DNA of 56,235 nt from Bacillota bacterium. Lineage in GTDB: Bacteria > Patescibacteriota > Minisyncoccia > Phycocordibacterales > Phycocordibacteraceae. The notes beneath the pieces are model-generated. The model was not told the DNA's origin. It ran no database searches and saw nothing but the letters and a program-made list of their open reading frames with translations. Position numbers and translations under genes: made by a program. The stretch lies in assembly GCA_050260455.1 (NCBI GenBank), contig JBLNCF010000012.1:1-56235 (forward strand), given 5' to 3'. Positions within the stretch are counted from its first letter, which is position 1. Each line of letters begins with the position of its first letter. Of the stretch, positions 8,577 to 18,974 are shown in pieces.

Positions 8577-9125
8577 CTATCTGCTCACGAATGGGTTGTC
8601 CTTGATCCAGAACCGCCAGGGGAGTTCAATGCCGTTTCGGATGCCGATGCGGGGACCCGACATGATGGCGGAGGCGGGAAGTTCAGGAGCATCCTCAATG
8701 ACAAACTCTCCCCCGAGTAGGAGCCCGTTCATCTTCTTGGTGATGCCAAGGGCTTGGGTGAGCTTTGCCGGGCCGTTCGCGAGATTCTTCAGGTCAGAAA
8801 CACCACGCCTCCGGCGCATGAGCGGAATACCTTCGGTAGGTTCGATCGCACGGATAAGAATGCCTCCTGGACCCTCACCGGCCGTCACGTTTACGCAGTA
8901 GTGCATGCCGTACGTGAAGTACACATACCAATGACCATACGTTTCATGCATAAGACGACTGCGTGGAGTAAGGGTCCGGGCATGAGAAGCTGGGTCACCC
9001 ATATATGCTTCAACTTCGACAATTGTTCCTGCACAGTGTTTATGGCGGAGCGTTTTACCAAGAAGCCGCGGCGCGAGTGCCACGGCTTCTTCTTTAAACC
9101 AAGACCGGGGAAGGGGTTTTGCCAC
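8577..9125 (-). CDS. mpg: 3-methyladenine DNA glycosylase (AAG/MPG family)
   Basis: IVEVEAY, YVYFTYGMHYCVNV, ILIRAIEP, NGPAKLTQALGI, GPRIGI, PWRF. Confidence 0.96.
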   Translation of the reverse strand: MAKPLPRSWFKEEAVALAPRLLGKTLRHKHCAGTIVEVEAYMGDPASHARTLTPRSRLMHETYGHWYVYFTYGMHYCVNVTAGEGPGGILIRAIEPTEGIPLMRRRRGVSDLKNLANGPAKLTQALGITKKMNGLLLGGEFVIEDAPELPASAIMSGPRIGIRNGIELPWRFWIKDNPFVSR

Positions 9126-9388
9126 TACTTAGAAGTGGCCGGAGCCGGCGGAAGCGTCTTACTGAATGCCGAGAGCATGTCCGAAAGAGTCTGGAGGTCA
9201 TCAGCACACTTGGCGTGCTCTACCGGATCGCTGCTGGTGCAGTGTTCGCGGATAAGATCGCGCTGGGCCGTGATATTAGCCTGCGCACGCAAGCTCGCGA
9301 TGGTGGTGTGGTCATGATAAATGACGATGGCCGCGACCACGAGCAATATCACAAGCAGGGCGATAAAGATGCGGGAAAATCGGTTCAT
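9125..9388 (-). CDS. Small single-TM protein with a Cys pair
   Basis: Hydrophobic N-terminal helix, short helical domain HC...KC; TATAGT 8 nt upstream; TAGTG overlap with mpg. Confidence 0.75.
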   Translation of the reverse strand: MNRFSRIFIALLVILLVVAAIVIYHDHTTIASLRAQANITAQRDLIREHCTSSDPVEHAKCADDLQTLSDMLSAFSKTLPPAPATSK

Positions 9389-9523
9389 AGATCTTCACTA
9401 TATAGGTATAGAAGGACGTCGCAAGTATGCGGGAGTGCAGGTGAAGGGTTCCTTAATCTGTTCCTCATTTCTCCTTACTTACGATGCAGGTCTACTCATT
9501 CATTGAGTTAACCAAAACTATTT

Positions 9524-9802
9524 ATGGCTACTATTGTTAATACGCCGGGCGGCAACGATTCAGGCGGTGCAGCCGGGTGGCTTATCGGCCTCATCGTGCT
9601 CATCCTGGTGGTGCTCGCGGCTATCTTCCTGTTGCCGCGACTGGCAGCTAACCAGAATGGCACACTCCAGAACACCCGGCCTACTACTCAGGGGACAGGA
9701 TCGGGGACTGGTGACACGAATGTTGTGGTTCCACCGACGGTGAATAACACCACCATCAATTCATCGACCACCATTAACACGTCGACTACGACGGCTCCGT
9801 AA
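9524..9802 (+). CDS. Small membrane protein with a Thr/Asn-rich tail
   Basis: GGAAGWLIGLIVLILVVLAAIFLLP TM segment plus low-complexity T-rich tail; followed by a terminator. Confidence 0.8.
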   Translation: MATIVNTPGGNDSGGAAGWLIGLIVLILVVLAAIFLLPRLAANQNGTLQNTRPTTQGTGSGTGDTNVVVPPTVNNTTINSSTTINTSTTTAP

Positions 9803-9825
9803 CATCGCCACGGTTTGAATCGTAA

Positions 9826-9856
9826 AACCGGCGAGGGAAGTCTTCCCTCGCCGGTT
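9826..9856. terminator. Bidirectional hairpin
   Basis: aaccggcgagggaa/ttccctcgccggtt 14-bp stem. Confidence 0.8.
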
Positions 9857-9880
9857 CCTATTATGTCGTTGGCTCCAGCT

Positions 9881-10315
9881 CTACATAAGCGCCGACAGCC
9901 AGATTCCGACGCGATGGGGCTCGGGGTCGCCGAGTTTGATAGATGCAACATCTTTCCAGGCAGTTCTCAGTTCTTGAACCGCCGCCTTGGCTTCCGTGAA
10001 TCCAGCAAAGCCGCATTCCTCGAAATTAATCTTGGAACTGCAGCTGCCGTATGTGTACAGGTTGTCGAGCACCATGCTTTCTGAAAGCCATGGCCTCAGT
10101 GCGGCAGGTGCTCTTAAGACCAGATGCTCCTTGGTCTTGGCATCCTGTCGGTCTTGTTCGGCCAGTTTGGCCGTGAGCTCTGCTGCAAGACTTGCTCGGC
10201 GGCCCACTGACGCACCGATACAGTGATACAAATGAACGTTTTCCACCGTTGGCTCCCGGATCCGGTTGAATATTGAAGCGAACTCCAATATGAAATATTG
10301 TGAGTCGTATGTCAA
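9881..10315 (-). CDS. Hypothetical orphan (start uncertain: TTG 10315 or GTG 10246)
   Basis: Only ORF that fills the gap between two terminators; GGAG lies 6 nt before GTG 10246; no recognisable motif. Confidence 0.4.
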   Translation of the reverse strand: MTYDSQYFILEFASIFNRIREPTVENVHLYHCIGASVGRRASLAAELTAKLAEQDRQDAKTKEHLVLRAPAALRPWLSESMVLDNLYTYGSCSSKINFEECGFAGFTEAKAAVQELRTAWKDVASIKLGDPEPHRVGIWLSALM

Positions 10316-10392
10316 GTGTAGAGCTGGTTATCAAAACAGATTGCTGTGGAAGATCAGGAACTTCCCTTGAAGAACGTTAATGCCGCATGTAT

Positions 10393-10420
10393 ACGAAAGG
10401 CCCCGTTTGGGGCCTTTCGT
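10393..10420. terminator. Stand-alone terminator-like hairpin
   Basis: acgaaaggcccc/ggggcctttcgt 12-bp stem. Confidence 0.75.
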
Positions 10421-10594
10421 GAAATGAGGTGGAATTGGATTCTTTCAGTTAGAACTTCGCTCATGGTATGTAGTTCCTCATATTTCCTACGAGTGGTAGA
10501 TGATTGGTATCACCATGAGTACAGCAAAGCCAATATGTGCCGATAACGAATAACAGCTCCCATTGCTTTGACAATGCTGATATGATTGGGACAT

Positions 10595-11188
10595 ATGCAA
10601 AAAAGCTTCTTTGTGTGGTCTGCAATCGTCTTGCTGGTTATAGTTCTAGTCGCGAGCGCGCTGTTGTATTTCCTAGCTAGACGTCCAGCGTCTCTTAGCG
10701 AACGCGTCGCTGCATCACTTACGGAAGCGACTACCCCGAAAGGTACCAGCACTGACAAGGGAGATTCCCTTGTCTTCAGCGGAGCCGTTCTTTCTTACGT
10801 GGCGCCGAGCGGTTGGCGGTACATGGGGAAGGAGGGTAAGGAAGCGAATGGGTACGTGCAGGTACGCTCTTGGAGCCCGAACAGCGCTGATAAGAAGCCA
10901 TACGCGTCCCTAAGCATCATCGTGAGCAAGGTCGACCCAGGAACTACGTTGCAGTACATCGGTAATCAATATGTTTCAGGAGATAATTACTCCGTGAAAT
11001 CCACAGTATTAGGTGGCAGTAACGGCGAGATCGCCGAATACGACGACTTTGGTAAGCACAACATTACCGCCTACACCATCGCGAATGGGAATACGTACGA
11101 GATCTCCGGCGCATACCCCAAAGCGGACGCTGCCATCTATGAACCGGTGGTGCGTAGCCTGATCTCCAGCGTGAAGATTAGCGATTGA
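10595..11188 (+). CDS. Membrane-anchored PsbP/DcrB-like protein
   Basis: N-terminal TM helix; YVAPSGW, S...LGG..G, ..NG..YEI, ..V..L.SSVKI pattern typical of the Mog1/PsbP fold; TATGAT 8 nt upstream. Confidence 0.65.
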   Translation: MQKSFFVWSAIVLLVIVLVASALLYFLARRPASLSERVAASLTEATTPKGTSTDKGDSLVFSGAVLSYVAPSGWRYMGKEGKEANGYVQVRSWSPNSADKKPYASLSIIVSKVDPGTTLQYIGNQYVSGDNYSVKSTVLGGSNGEIAEYDDFGKHNITAYTIANGNTYEISGAYPKADAAIYEPVVRSLISSVKISD

Positions 11189-11252
11189 TCCAAAGATAAG
11201 ACCCGCTGCTGAATGCAGCTCCACATTACGGCTATCGAACCGACAAAATACC

Positions 11253-11289
11253 AAGAGCCGCAACGCTCCTCGAGGAGTTTACGGCTCTT
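11253..11289. terminator. Hairpin between the convergent PsbP-like gene and ssrA
   Basis: aagagccg...ctcctcgaggag...cggctctt. Confidence 0.7.
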
Positions 11290-11302
11290 AGTTCAGATGA
11301 TG

Positions 11303-11698
11303 TGGAGGTGGGGGGAATTGGACCCCCGTCCGAATCTCTCTTTGAGGACGAGTCTACGACGCATAGCTAGCATTGATTGTTCGACAGAAGCATAGGAACG
11401 CTAGCGAAAACGCTCCTGCCTAATCCTGAGATTTAAATCCGGCGTCTAGGAAAACGTGGATCGATCCCGCAGGAGATTCCGCCCACACCTATCGCTGCGG
11501 AAGCCGATAGGGTAGACGTCGCTTAGGCGAAAGCGCGAAGCTTTTACGCGAGAGCGAACGCACCGTTCCAGTACGGAGACGGTACGCTTGCAACGTTTTT
11601 GTTGGCAAGTTTGGTTGTGTACGTTAGTAGGCGGTCAGTACACCTCCGCCGCGTCGCACGTCTCTCAAAGAACGAGACCGTCAAAGCCGGTCACCCCC
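11303..11698 (-). ncRNA. ssrA: tmRNA (one-piece, 396 nt)
   Basis: GGGGGTG/CACCTCC acceptor stem with G3-U, TTTGAC D-analogue, GGGGG-TCCAATT-CCCCC T-arm, internal tag ORF; adjacent to smpB. Confidence 0.97.
11544..11606 (-). other. tmRNA tag ORF ANKNVASVPSPYWNGAFALA*
   Basis: Resume codon GCC after AAACTT; ends FALA-TAA. Confidence 0.85.
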
Positions 11699-11743
11699 AG
11701 CGAGGGATTGTCCGAAGACCATCCCTCGCTGCGATGGATCTGC

Positions 11744-12190
11744 TTATTTGCTTCGAAGCACGCGTTCGGCTTCACGCATAGCATCCTGACGTTTCAAGTC
11801 TTCACGTCTGTCAGCCTTGCCTTTACCTTTTACGATTGCCACTCGAAGCTTCAAATAGCGACCTGCATTATACATCTCCAAAGGTACTGTTGTCAAACCC
11901 TTCTTGGATTCTGCATCAGCGAGTTCAGCAATTTCTTTCTTGGTGAGGAGGAGGCGTCGTGGACGTTCCGGATCGTATCCCTTCGGGGTGTTTAAGGGCT
12001 GATAGGGCGGAATGGTGGCGCCTACCAGAAACGCTTCACCGCCACGCACCACAATACGGGAACCTTCAAGGGTCCCCAGTTTAGCGCGCACGGACTTCAC
12101 CTCAGCACCTGAAAGCTCAAGTCCAGCAGAGAATGTTTCAAGTATGGAGAAGCGCAGACGCGCTTTTTTGTTCTCGACGAGGGTCGACAT
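11744..12190 (-). CDS. smpB: SsrA-binding protein
   Basis: ENKKAR, AGLELSGAEVKSVR, R.RRLLL.KKEI, G.TTVPL..Y, KGK..DRRE.LK. Confidence 0.98.
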   Translation of the reverse strand: MSTLVENKKARLRFSILETFSAGLELSGAEVKSVRAKLGTLEGSRIVVRGGEAFLVGATIPPYQPLNTPKGYDPERPRRLLLTKKEIAELADAESKKGLTTVPLEMYNAGRYLKLRVAIVKGKGKADRREDLKRQDAMREAERVLRSK

Positions 12191-12297
12191 AGCTAGAGCC
12201 TAGCAAGTTTTGAGGTAAAACGCTCGGTCTTATTTAGCGTTTCATCATATTCCATTGTATAGTCTCGTAGTCTTGTAACTACTGCTCGTAACATTGT

Positions 12298-14271
<1,974 letters not shown>

Positions 14272-14288
14272 ACGAATAAAATTAGATC

Positions 14289-14317
14289 CGGCCGGCACCT
14301 CGAGGAGGTGCCGGCCG
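14289..14317. terminator. Bidirectional hairpin after ftsH
   Basis: cggccggcacct/aggtgccggccg 12-bp stem. Confidence 0.8.
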
Positions 14318-14334
14318 TTTCGTTGCTGGTTGAG

Positions 14335-14754
14335 TCAGCAGTCTTCCACTCGAGAAGATTCTTCCTTCCAGGCGCCGCTGAAGAGGAAGAGTATAAACAG
14401 TGCGAGCAGGCTAATCACCGTTATCGCCGCTGGTCCGACGAAATACCCCAGGGCCGCCCACAGGAAGTAGTGGGAATCTCCGGTGTCGAGCCAATGCTTC
14501 AGGGCGAAGAAGAATCCAGCAAGGAGCCCAAAAAGATACAGGCATTCAACCCACTCGAACTCGGTCCAACGCTTAATGTTACGGCGTTCTTCCCAAAGTT
14601 TGAGCACTGTTTTAAAAGTGCCCGTAAGCATGACATCCCATAGGAGCCAGCTGGACCAGTCGAACACCGCGACCACGAAACTGCGCCTGGGTTGCCGTGA
14701 GCGCGCCGTGAGTGCAACACCGGGCTTCGCCCGGACAGGTGAATGTGTAGGCAT
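14335..14754 (-). CDS. Orphan membrane protein (2-3 TM, Trp-rich)
   Basis: AAGGGAGG SD 5 nt before ATG 14754; hydrophobic helices; ends at a terminator. Confidence 0.7.
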   Translation of the reverse strand: MPTHSPVRAKPGVALTARSRQPRRSFVVAVFDWSSWLLWDVMLTGTFKTVLKLWEERRNIKRWTEFEWVECLYLFGLLAGFFFALKHWLDTGDSHYFLWAALGYFVGPAAITVISLLALFILFLFSGAWKEESSRVEDC

Positions 14755-14801
14755 GTGAGCCTCCCTTTCCACTGCGAACTCTACACGTGCCCTCTAACTT
14801 G

Positions 14802-14875
14802 TCCACCCTCTTGGACTCGAACCAAGAACCGCCGAGGTATAAGCTCGGTGCTCTAACCAATTGAGCTAAGGGTGG
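14802..14875 (-). tRNA. tRNA-Ile, anticodon UAU
   Basis: CCACCCT TA GCTC..GAGC A CCGAG-CTTATAC-CTCGG CGGTT CTTGG-TTCGAGT-CCAAG AGGGTGG A; full cloverleaf; CCA not encoded; TAAAGT -10 box upstream. Confidence 0.95.
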
Positions 14876-14910
14876 ATGCTTTCCGTACTTTACCCTAGCG
14901 AAGAGGAAAG

Positions 14911-14936
14911 GAAAAAGCCCCGGCACGTGGCCGGGG
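14911..14936 (-). terminator. Terminator after the methyltransferase
   Basis: ccccggc/gccgggg stem; U-tract on the minus strand. Confidence 0.75.
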
Positions 14937-14949
14937 AGTTCCGAAAGTC

Positions 14950-15549
14950 TTATGGTTTTTGCCACAGGGCATAACCAGGACTGATTCCATCGAAGTACAC
15001 ATAGCTTGTCCCCCGTGCGAGAGGGTCACCATGGCGATGTACTCGGATGTTATGAGCAATGACTGGGCTCTGGGGAAAGATCCGTGCGGGATGCTCTGGC
15101 ACCAGTTCTTCGGACAGGGCAGTGGCTTCGTAGATGCCGCGCCACTTGCCGTGGGTAACAAGCTGGAAATCTTGAGTCACGCGACCAAGATCGTAGCGGG
15201 GATACGACGAGAAGAACAATCCGCCTGGCTTCAAACAGCGCGCCAACTCAAATGCCAACATCTGGGTAGGTCTGACGCAGAAGGGATGAGGGGCGTTTAA
15301 GGTGACGAGATCCAAAGACTCGTCTGCCACTTCAAGCTTTTCGTACTGTGAGGTGATGCGGTGAATGCCAGGTCGCCGCGCCTTGAGCACCTGTGTCAGG
15401 CGTTCGGGCGGCAGGGGTTTAAAGAATGGTCCCAATCCCCACTGGGGTTCCCCGCAAAGAATCAGCATCGGCGTCTCGCGGTTGAGACGCTGGAAATCCT
15501 TCGCGAATGCCAGCGAGCCGGCACCAATGTCTAAAACGGTGTAGACCAT
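14950..15549 (-). CDS. Class I SAM-dependent methyltransferase, divergent
   Basis: VLDIGAGS motif I, DESLDLVTLNAPHP motif IV region, LARCLKPGGLFF; GGAGG 5 nt before ATG 15549. Confidence 0.8.
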   Translation of the reverse strand: MVYTVLDIGAGSLAFAKDFQRLNRETPMLILCGEPQWGLGPFFKPLPPERLTQVLKARRPGIHRITSQYEKLEVADESLDLVTLNAPHPFCVRPTQMLAFELARCLKPGGLFFSSYPRYDLGRVTQDFQLVTHGKWRGIYEATALSEELVPEHPARIFPQSPVIAHNIRVHRHGDPLARGTSYVYFDGISPGYALWQKP

Positions 15550-15592
15550 GCGGCCCTCCGGTGTGAATGTCCGAGCGCACTCTACCAGGCTT

Positions 15593-17758
15593 CTATTCAG
15601 GGTGCACGTGTTCCATGGTCTCGCGGGCAAGTCGTGCGAGCACGGGATGGTTCTTGAGTTCGGCGTCTTCTCTAATTAATGTGGCAGCTTCCGTGCGGGC
15701 TGCTTCCACTAGTTTCATATTCTTTAGTGCTTCCATGGCAATATCCGAGACGCCCCACTGCCGGCTGCCGGTGAGTTCACCTGCACCGCGAAGTGCGAGG
15801 TCATATTCGGCCAGTTCAAAACCGTTCTTAGCTTCCACAAACGCTTTCAATCTATCCTTCGTTGCTTGTCCGTATGATTCAGGAAGTGCAAAGCAATATG
15901 CTTGATTGCTCGAACGAATGACGCGGCCGCGCAATTGATGTAACTGGGCGAGCCCGAACCGTTCTGCCCCCTCAATTAAGATGACAGTCGCGTTCGGTAC
16001 GTTTACTCCCACTTCCACGACCGAAGTTGCGACCAGTATCTGCGTTTCATTCTTCTCGAATCGTTCCATGGCTTCCTCCTTTTCTCGGGGAGTCATCTTA
16101 CTGTGGAGGATATCGATCTCGATATCAGGAAAGACTTCCGTACGGAGACGCTCCGCCTCGGCTTTCACGGATTTCGCTTGAAGTGCGAGTTCCTTGGTCG
16201 GATCAGGTTCGTCGATGCGCGGACAGATGACGTACGCCTGATGTCCTCCTGCGAGTTCATTGCGCACGCGTTCGTATGCAACTTCGCGTTTCTCGGGTCC
16301 AAGCACTTCGGTAATGACGGGCTTGCGTCCTCGAGGCATTTCATCAAGGAGTGAAATGTCGAGATCGCCGTAGATGGTGAGGGCGAGCGTGCGGGGAATA
16401 GGCGTGGCGGTCATGGAAAGGAGGTGGGGCGACACCCCGTCCTTGCGTACCAGTTTCTGACGATGCGCCTTTCCGAAACGGTGCTGCTCATCGATGATGG
16501 CGTACGCAAGGTTTTGGAATTGAAGCGACTTGTACACGAGCGCATGCGTACCGATGACGATGGGAATCTCACCATTTGCTACCCACTTCGCGAACTGCGC
16601 ACGGGAGATACGCGTCGATTCTTCCCTGCGTATCTTGCTTGGGAACTTACGGCACTCGGTGCCTGTGATGAGTCCGATGGAAATGGGATGATCTTTGAAG
16701 TACGAGACAAAGGTGGAGAAGTGCTGCTTGGCGAGAATCTCGGTGGGACACATATACGCGACCTGGAGTGTGCCACTCTTTCTGCCGGGTGGGGTGGAAG
16801 TAGCGACAAGGTATGCGGTTGCTGCGGCCACCGCGGTCTTGCCGCTGCCCACATCGCCTTCAAGCAGGCGACGCATCGGATGGTTGCTCTCAAAATTAGA
16901 GACGATGGTATCAATCGCGCGTTCCTGTGCCGCCGTCGGAGGAAAAGGGAACGATGCGATGAAGTCCCCGAGTGCATCCCTGTTCGCATGCACAGGAAGC
17001 GATTCTTCTCGTGCAGTCATCGCACGCTCCTGCTGCATCGCTACTTGAATCGCAAACACTTCCTGGAACGCGAAACGTTTACGCGCGGCTTCTGCGTCAG
17101 CGAGTTTCTTCGGCGTGTGCATCCACACCAGTGCGGTCGCAAGTGTGGGCAGGTTGTACTTCTTCACAAGTTCCGATGGGAGCGGATCGGGAAGCTGGGT
17201 GTGCGTATCAGCCTCAAGCGCCTTACGTACTGCATGCGTGAGCCAGAGCGAGGAGATACCTTTGCTCTCCGAGTACACGGGATAGAGCGTATCGCCCTCG
17301 GGTAGATTGCCGGCAGCAAAAAGGTTCTCGTGTATTGCCTCCGGTTCGATCGCCGTCTTATCTATTTCTGGATTAGCAAGGTAGCGCGAGGACGCAGAGC
17401 CGGTTACCTTGCCCGTTGCCTTCACGACGAGGCCATCGTGAAGCATCTTTGCCATATAGGGCTGCGAGAACCATCGGAGCTTGATGCGACCGGAGGCATC
17501 CTCGAGCCAGGCTTCTGCCATAGGTCGTTTCGACTTCCATGCTTTCTTCGCTTCGGGTTTTCGGATGGTGCCATAGAGAGTGACTTCGGTGCCGAGCTGT
17601 GCACCTGCAATGGTGCCGGTGGGACCCCCCGATTCATACCGGGCAGGGAAGTGATACAGGAGATCCTTCACCGTTCGGATACCCAGCTTCGCGAGAGCTT
17701 TCTTTTGATCGGGCTTCAACCGCGGGAAACGCTCGGTTACGAGATCAGAGGGCTGCAT
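15593..17758 (-). CDS. recG: ATP-dependent DNA helicase RecG
   Basis: LLEGDVGSGKT, IGTHAL, IIDEQHRFG, MTATPIPRTL, LHQLRGRV, DLALRGAGE; start moved to ATG 17758 (TATACT 6 nt upstream). Confidence 0.98.
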   Translation of the reverse strand: MQPSDLVTERFPRLKPDQKKALAKLGIRTVKDLLYHFPARYESGGPTGTIAGAQLGTEVTLYGTIRKPEAKKAWKSKRPMAEAWLEDASGRIKLRWFSQPYMAKMLHDGLVVKATGKVTGSASSRYLANPEIDKTAIEPEAIHENLFAAGNLPEGDTLYPVYSESKGISSLWLTHAVRKALEADTHTQLPDPLPSELVKKYNLPTLATALVWMHTPKKLADAEAARKRFAFQEVFAIQVAMQQERAMTAREESLPVHANRDALGDFIASFPFPPTAAQERAIDTIVSNFESNHPMRRLLEGDVGSGKTAVAAATAYLVATSTPPGRKSGTLQVAYMCPTEILAKQHFSTFVSYFKDHPISIGLITGTECRKFPSKIRREESTRISRAQFAKWVANGEIPIVIGTHALVYKSLQFQNLAYAIIDEQHRFGKAHRQKLVRKDGVSPHLLSMTATPIPRTLALTIYGDLDISLLDEMPRGRKPVITEVLGPEKREVAYERVRNELAGGHQAYVICPRIDEPDPTKELALQAKSVKAEAERLRTEVFPDIEIDILHSKMTPREKEEAMERFEKNETQILVATSVVEVGVNVPNATVILIEGAERFGLAQLHQLRGRVIRSSNQAYCFALPESYGQATKDRLKAFVEAKNGFELAEYDLALRGAGELTGSRQWGVSDIAMEALKNMKLVEAARTEAATLIREDAELKNHPVLARLARETMEHVHPE

Positions 17759-17764
17759 AGAGGC

Positions 17765-17796
17765 AGTATAGCTCCGTGCCTGCTTCAGGGTACAAT
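17765..17796. promoter_or_regulatory. Back-to-back -10 boxes for recG (minus strand) and malic enzyme (plus strand)
   Basis: agtata (TATACT on minus, 17765-70) and TACAAT (17791-96), 20 nt apart, 6 and 8 nt from their ATGs. Confidence 0.75.
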
Positions 17797-17804
17797 CAGG
17801 ACCT

Positions 17805-18944
17805 ATGGCTTCCTCCAAGACTTCCCAGATACTCTCCGCATTCAAGAAAACCGGTGCACGCATCGAGACCAAAGCGCGTGCGAAGCTGAAGGACAAGGCG
17901 GCTTTCTCCCTTTTCTATACACCTGGCGTTGGTATCGCTTCCGAACACCTCGCAAAGCATCCAGAAGATGCACCGAAGCTCTCGGTGAAGAAGAATTCGG
18001 TGGCAGTGATCTCTGACGGATCAGCTGTGCTCGGGCTCGGCAACATTGGTCCGTATGGCGCGCTACCGGTTATGGAGGGAAAGGCGCTCATCTTCAAGGA
18101 GCTCGCTGGTATTGATGCATGGCCCATTGTGCTTGATACACAGAACCCAGACGAAATTGTGCGTACGGTGCTTGCGATTGCCCCAGGCTGGGGTGGCATC
18201 AATCTAGAAGACATTGCCGCGCCGCAGTGTTTTGAAATAGAGAAGCGCATCAATGAAGCGCTCGACATCCCGGTGATGCATGACGATCAGCATGGTACCG
18301 CCATCGTTGTGCTCGCTGGCCTTACGAATGCCGCAAAGGTCGTGAAGAAAAAGCTCGCTGATTTGAAAGTGGTTATTTCAGGTGCTGGCGCAGCCGGTGC
18401 CGCGACTGCAAAGCTTCTCCATGCTGCGGGGGTCAACGATATTATCGTGCTCGATCGTGGTGGCACGATATATAACGGCCGTCCTGACTTGAATGTTCAT
18501 AAGCAAGAACTCGCGCATCTTACGAATCCTCGTCGAGTTGCGGGTGATCTTGCGCTCGCTATGCAGGGTGCCGATGCATTTGTGGGATTGTCCGGTAGGG
18601 GACTTCTCCATCGTGATCATGTACGGAGCATGGCACCACGCGCCATTGTGTTTGCGCTTGCGAACCCGGTACCGGAAATCATGCCGGACGAAGCGAAGGC
18701 TGCCGGTGCCGCAGTCATTGCGACTGGTCGTTCGGATTTCCCGAATCAAATTAACAACGCCCTCGTGTTCCCGGGTGTGTTCCGTGGTGCCCTTGACCAT
18801 GAAGTGGAAGACATCACCGAGGCAATGAAATTAAAAGCAGCGAAAGCGCTCGCCAGTTTGGTTGCCAAACCTACTACAGCGAAGATTGTTCCCGACATCC
18901 TCGACAAGCGCATCGTAAAAGCAATCGCAAAGGTCATCAGATAG
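17805..18944 (+). CDS. NAD(P)-dependent malic enzyme (short type)
   Basis: YTPGV, DGSAVLGLGNIG, EGKA, LEDI, HDDQHGTA, GAGAAG, FALANP, TGRSDFPNQINN. Confidence 0.97.
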   Translation: MASSKTSQILSAFKKTGARIETKARAKLKDKAAFSLFYTPGVGIASEHLAKHPEDAPKLSVKKNSVAVISDGSAVLGLGNIGPYGALPVMEGKALIFKELAGIDAWPIVLDTQNPDEIVRTVLAIAPGWGGINLEDIAAPQCFEIEKRINEALDIPVMHDDQHGTAIVVLAGLTNAAKVVKKKLADLKVVISGAGAAGAATAKLLHAAGVNDIIVLDRGGTIYNGRPDLNVHKQELAHLTNPRRVAGDLALAMQGADAFVGLSGRGLLHRDHVRSMAPRAIVFALANPVPEIMPDEAKAAGAAVIATGRSDFPNQINNALVFPGVFRGALDHEVEDITEAMKLKAAKALASLVAKPTTAKIVPDILDKRIVKAIAKVIR

Positions 18945-18945
18945 C

Positions 18946-18969
18946 GAAACGGCCCCGAGGGGCCGTTTC
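18946..18969. terminator. Bidirectional terminator
   Basis: gaaacggccc/gggccgtttc between convergent genes. Confidence 0.85.
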
Positions 18970-18974
18970 TGTTT

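Noticed and set aside
10426-10439. GAGGTGGAATTGGA resembling the ssrA 3' end (possible att remnant bounding 10.4-11.3 kb)
   Set aside because: Needs a 4-nt gap, is short, and there is no integrase; cannot be distinguished from chance
10510-10758. 82-aa minus-strand ORF
   Set aside because: Mostly antisense to the PsbP-like gene; no motif or start signal
11219-11307. 8-bp complementarity between the tmRNA 3' end and its trailer (CTCCACAT/ATGTGGAG)
   Set aside because: Too short to exceed chance, and the partner lies beyond the terminator hairpin
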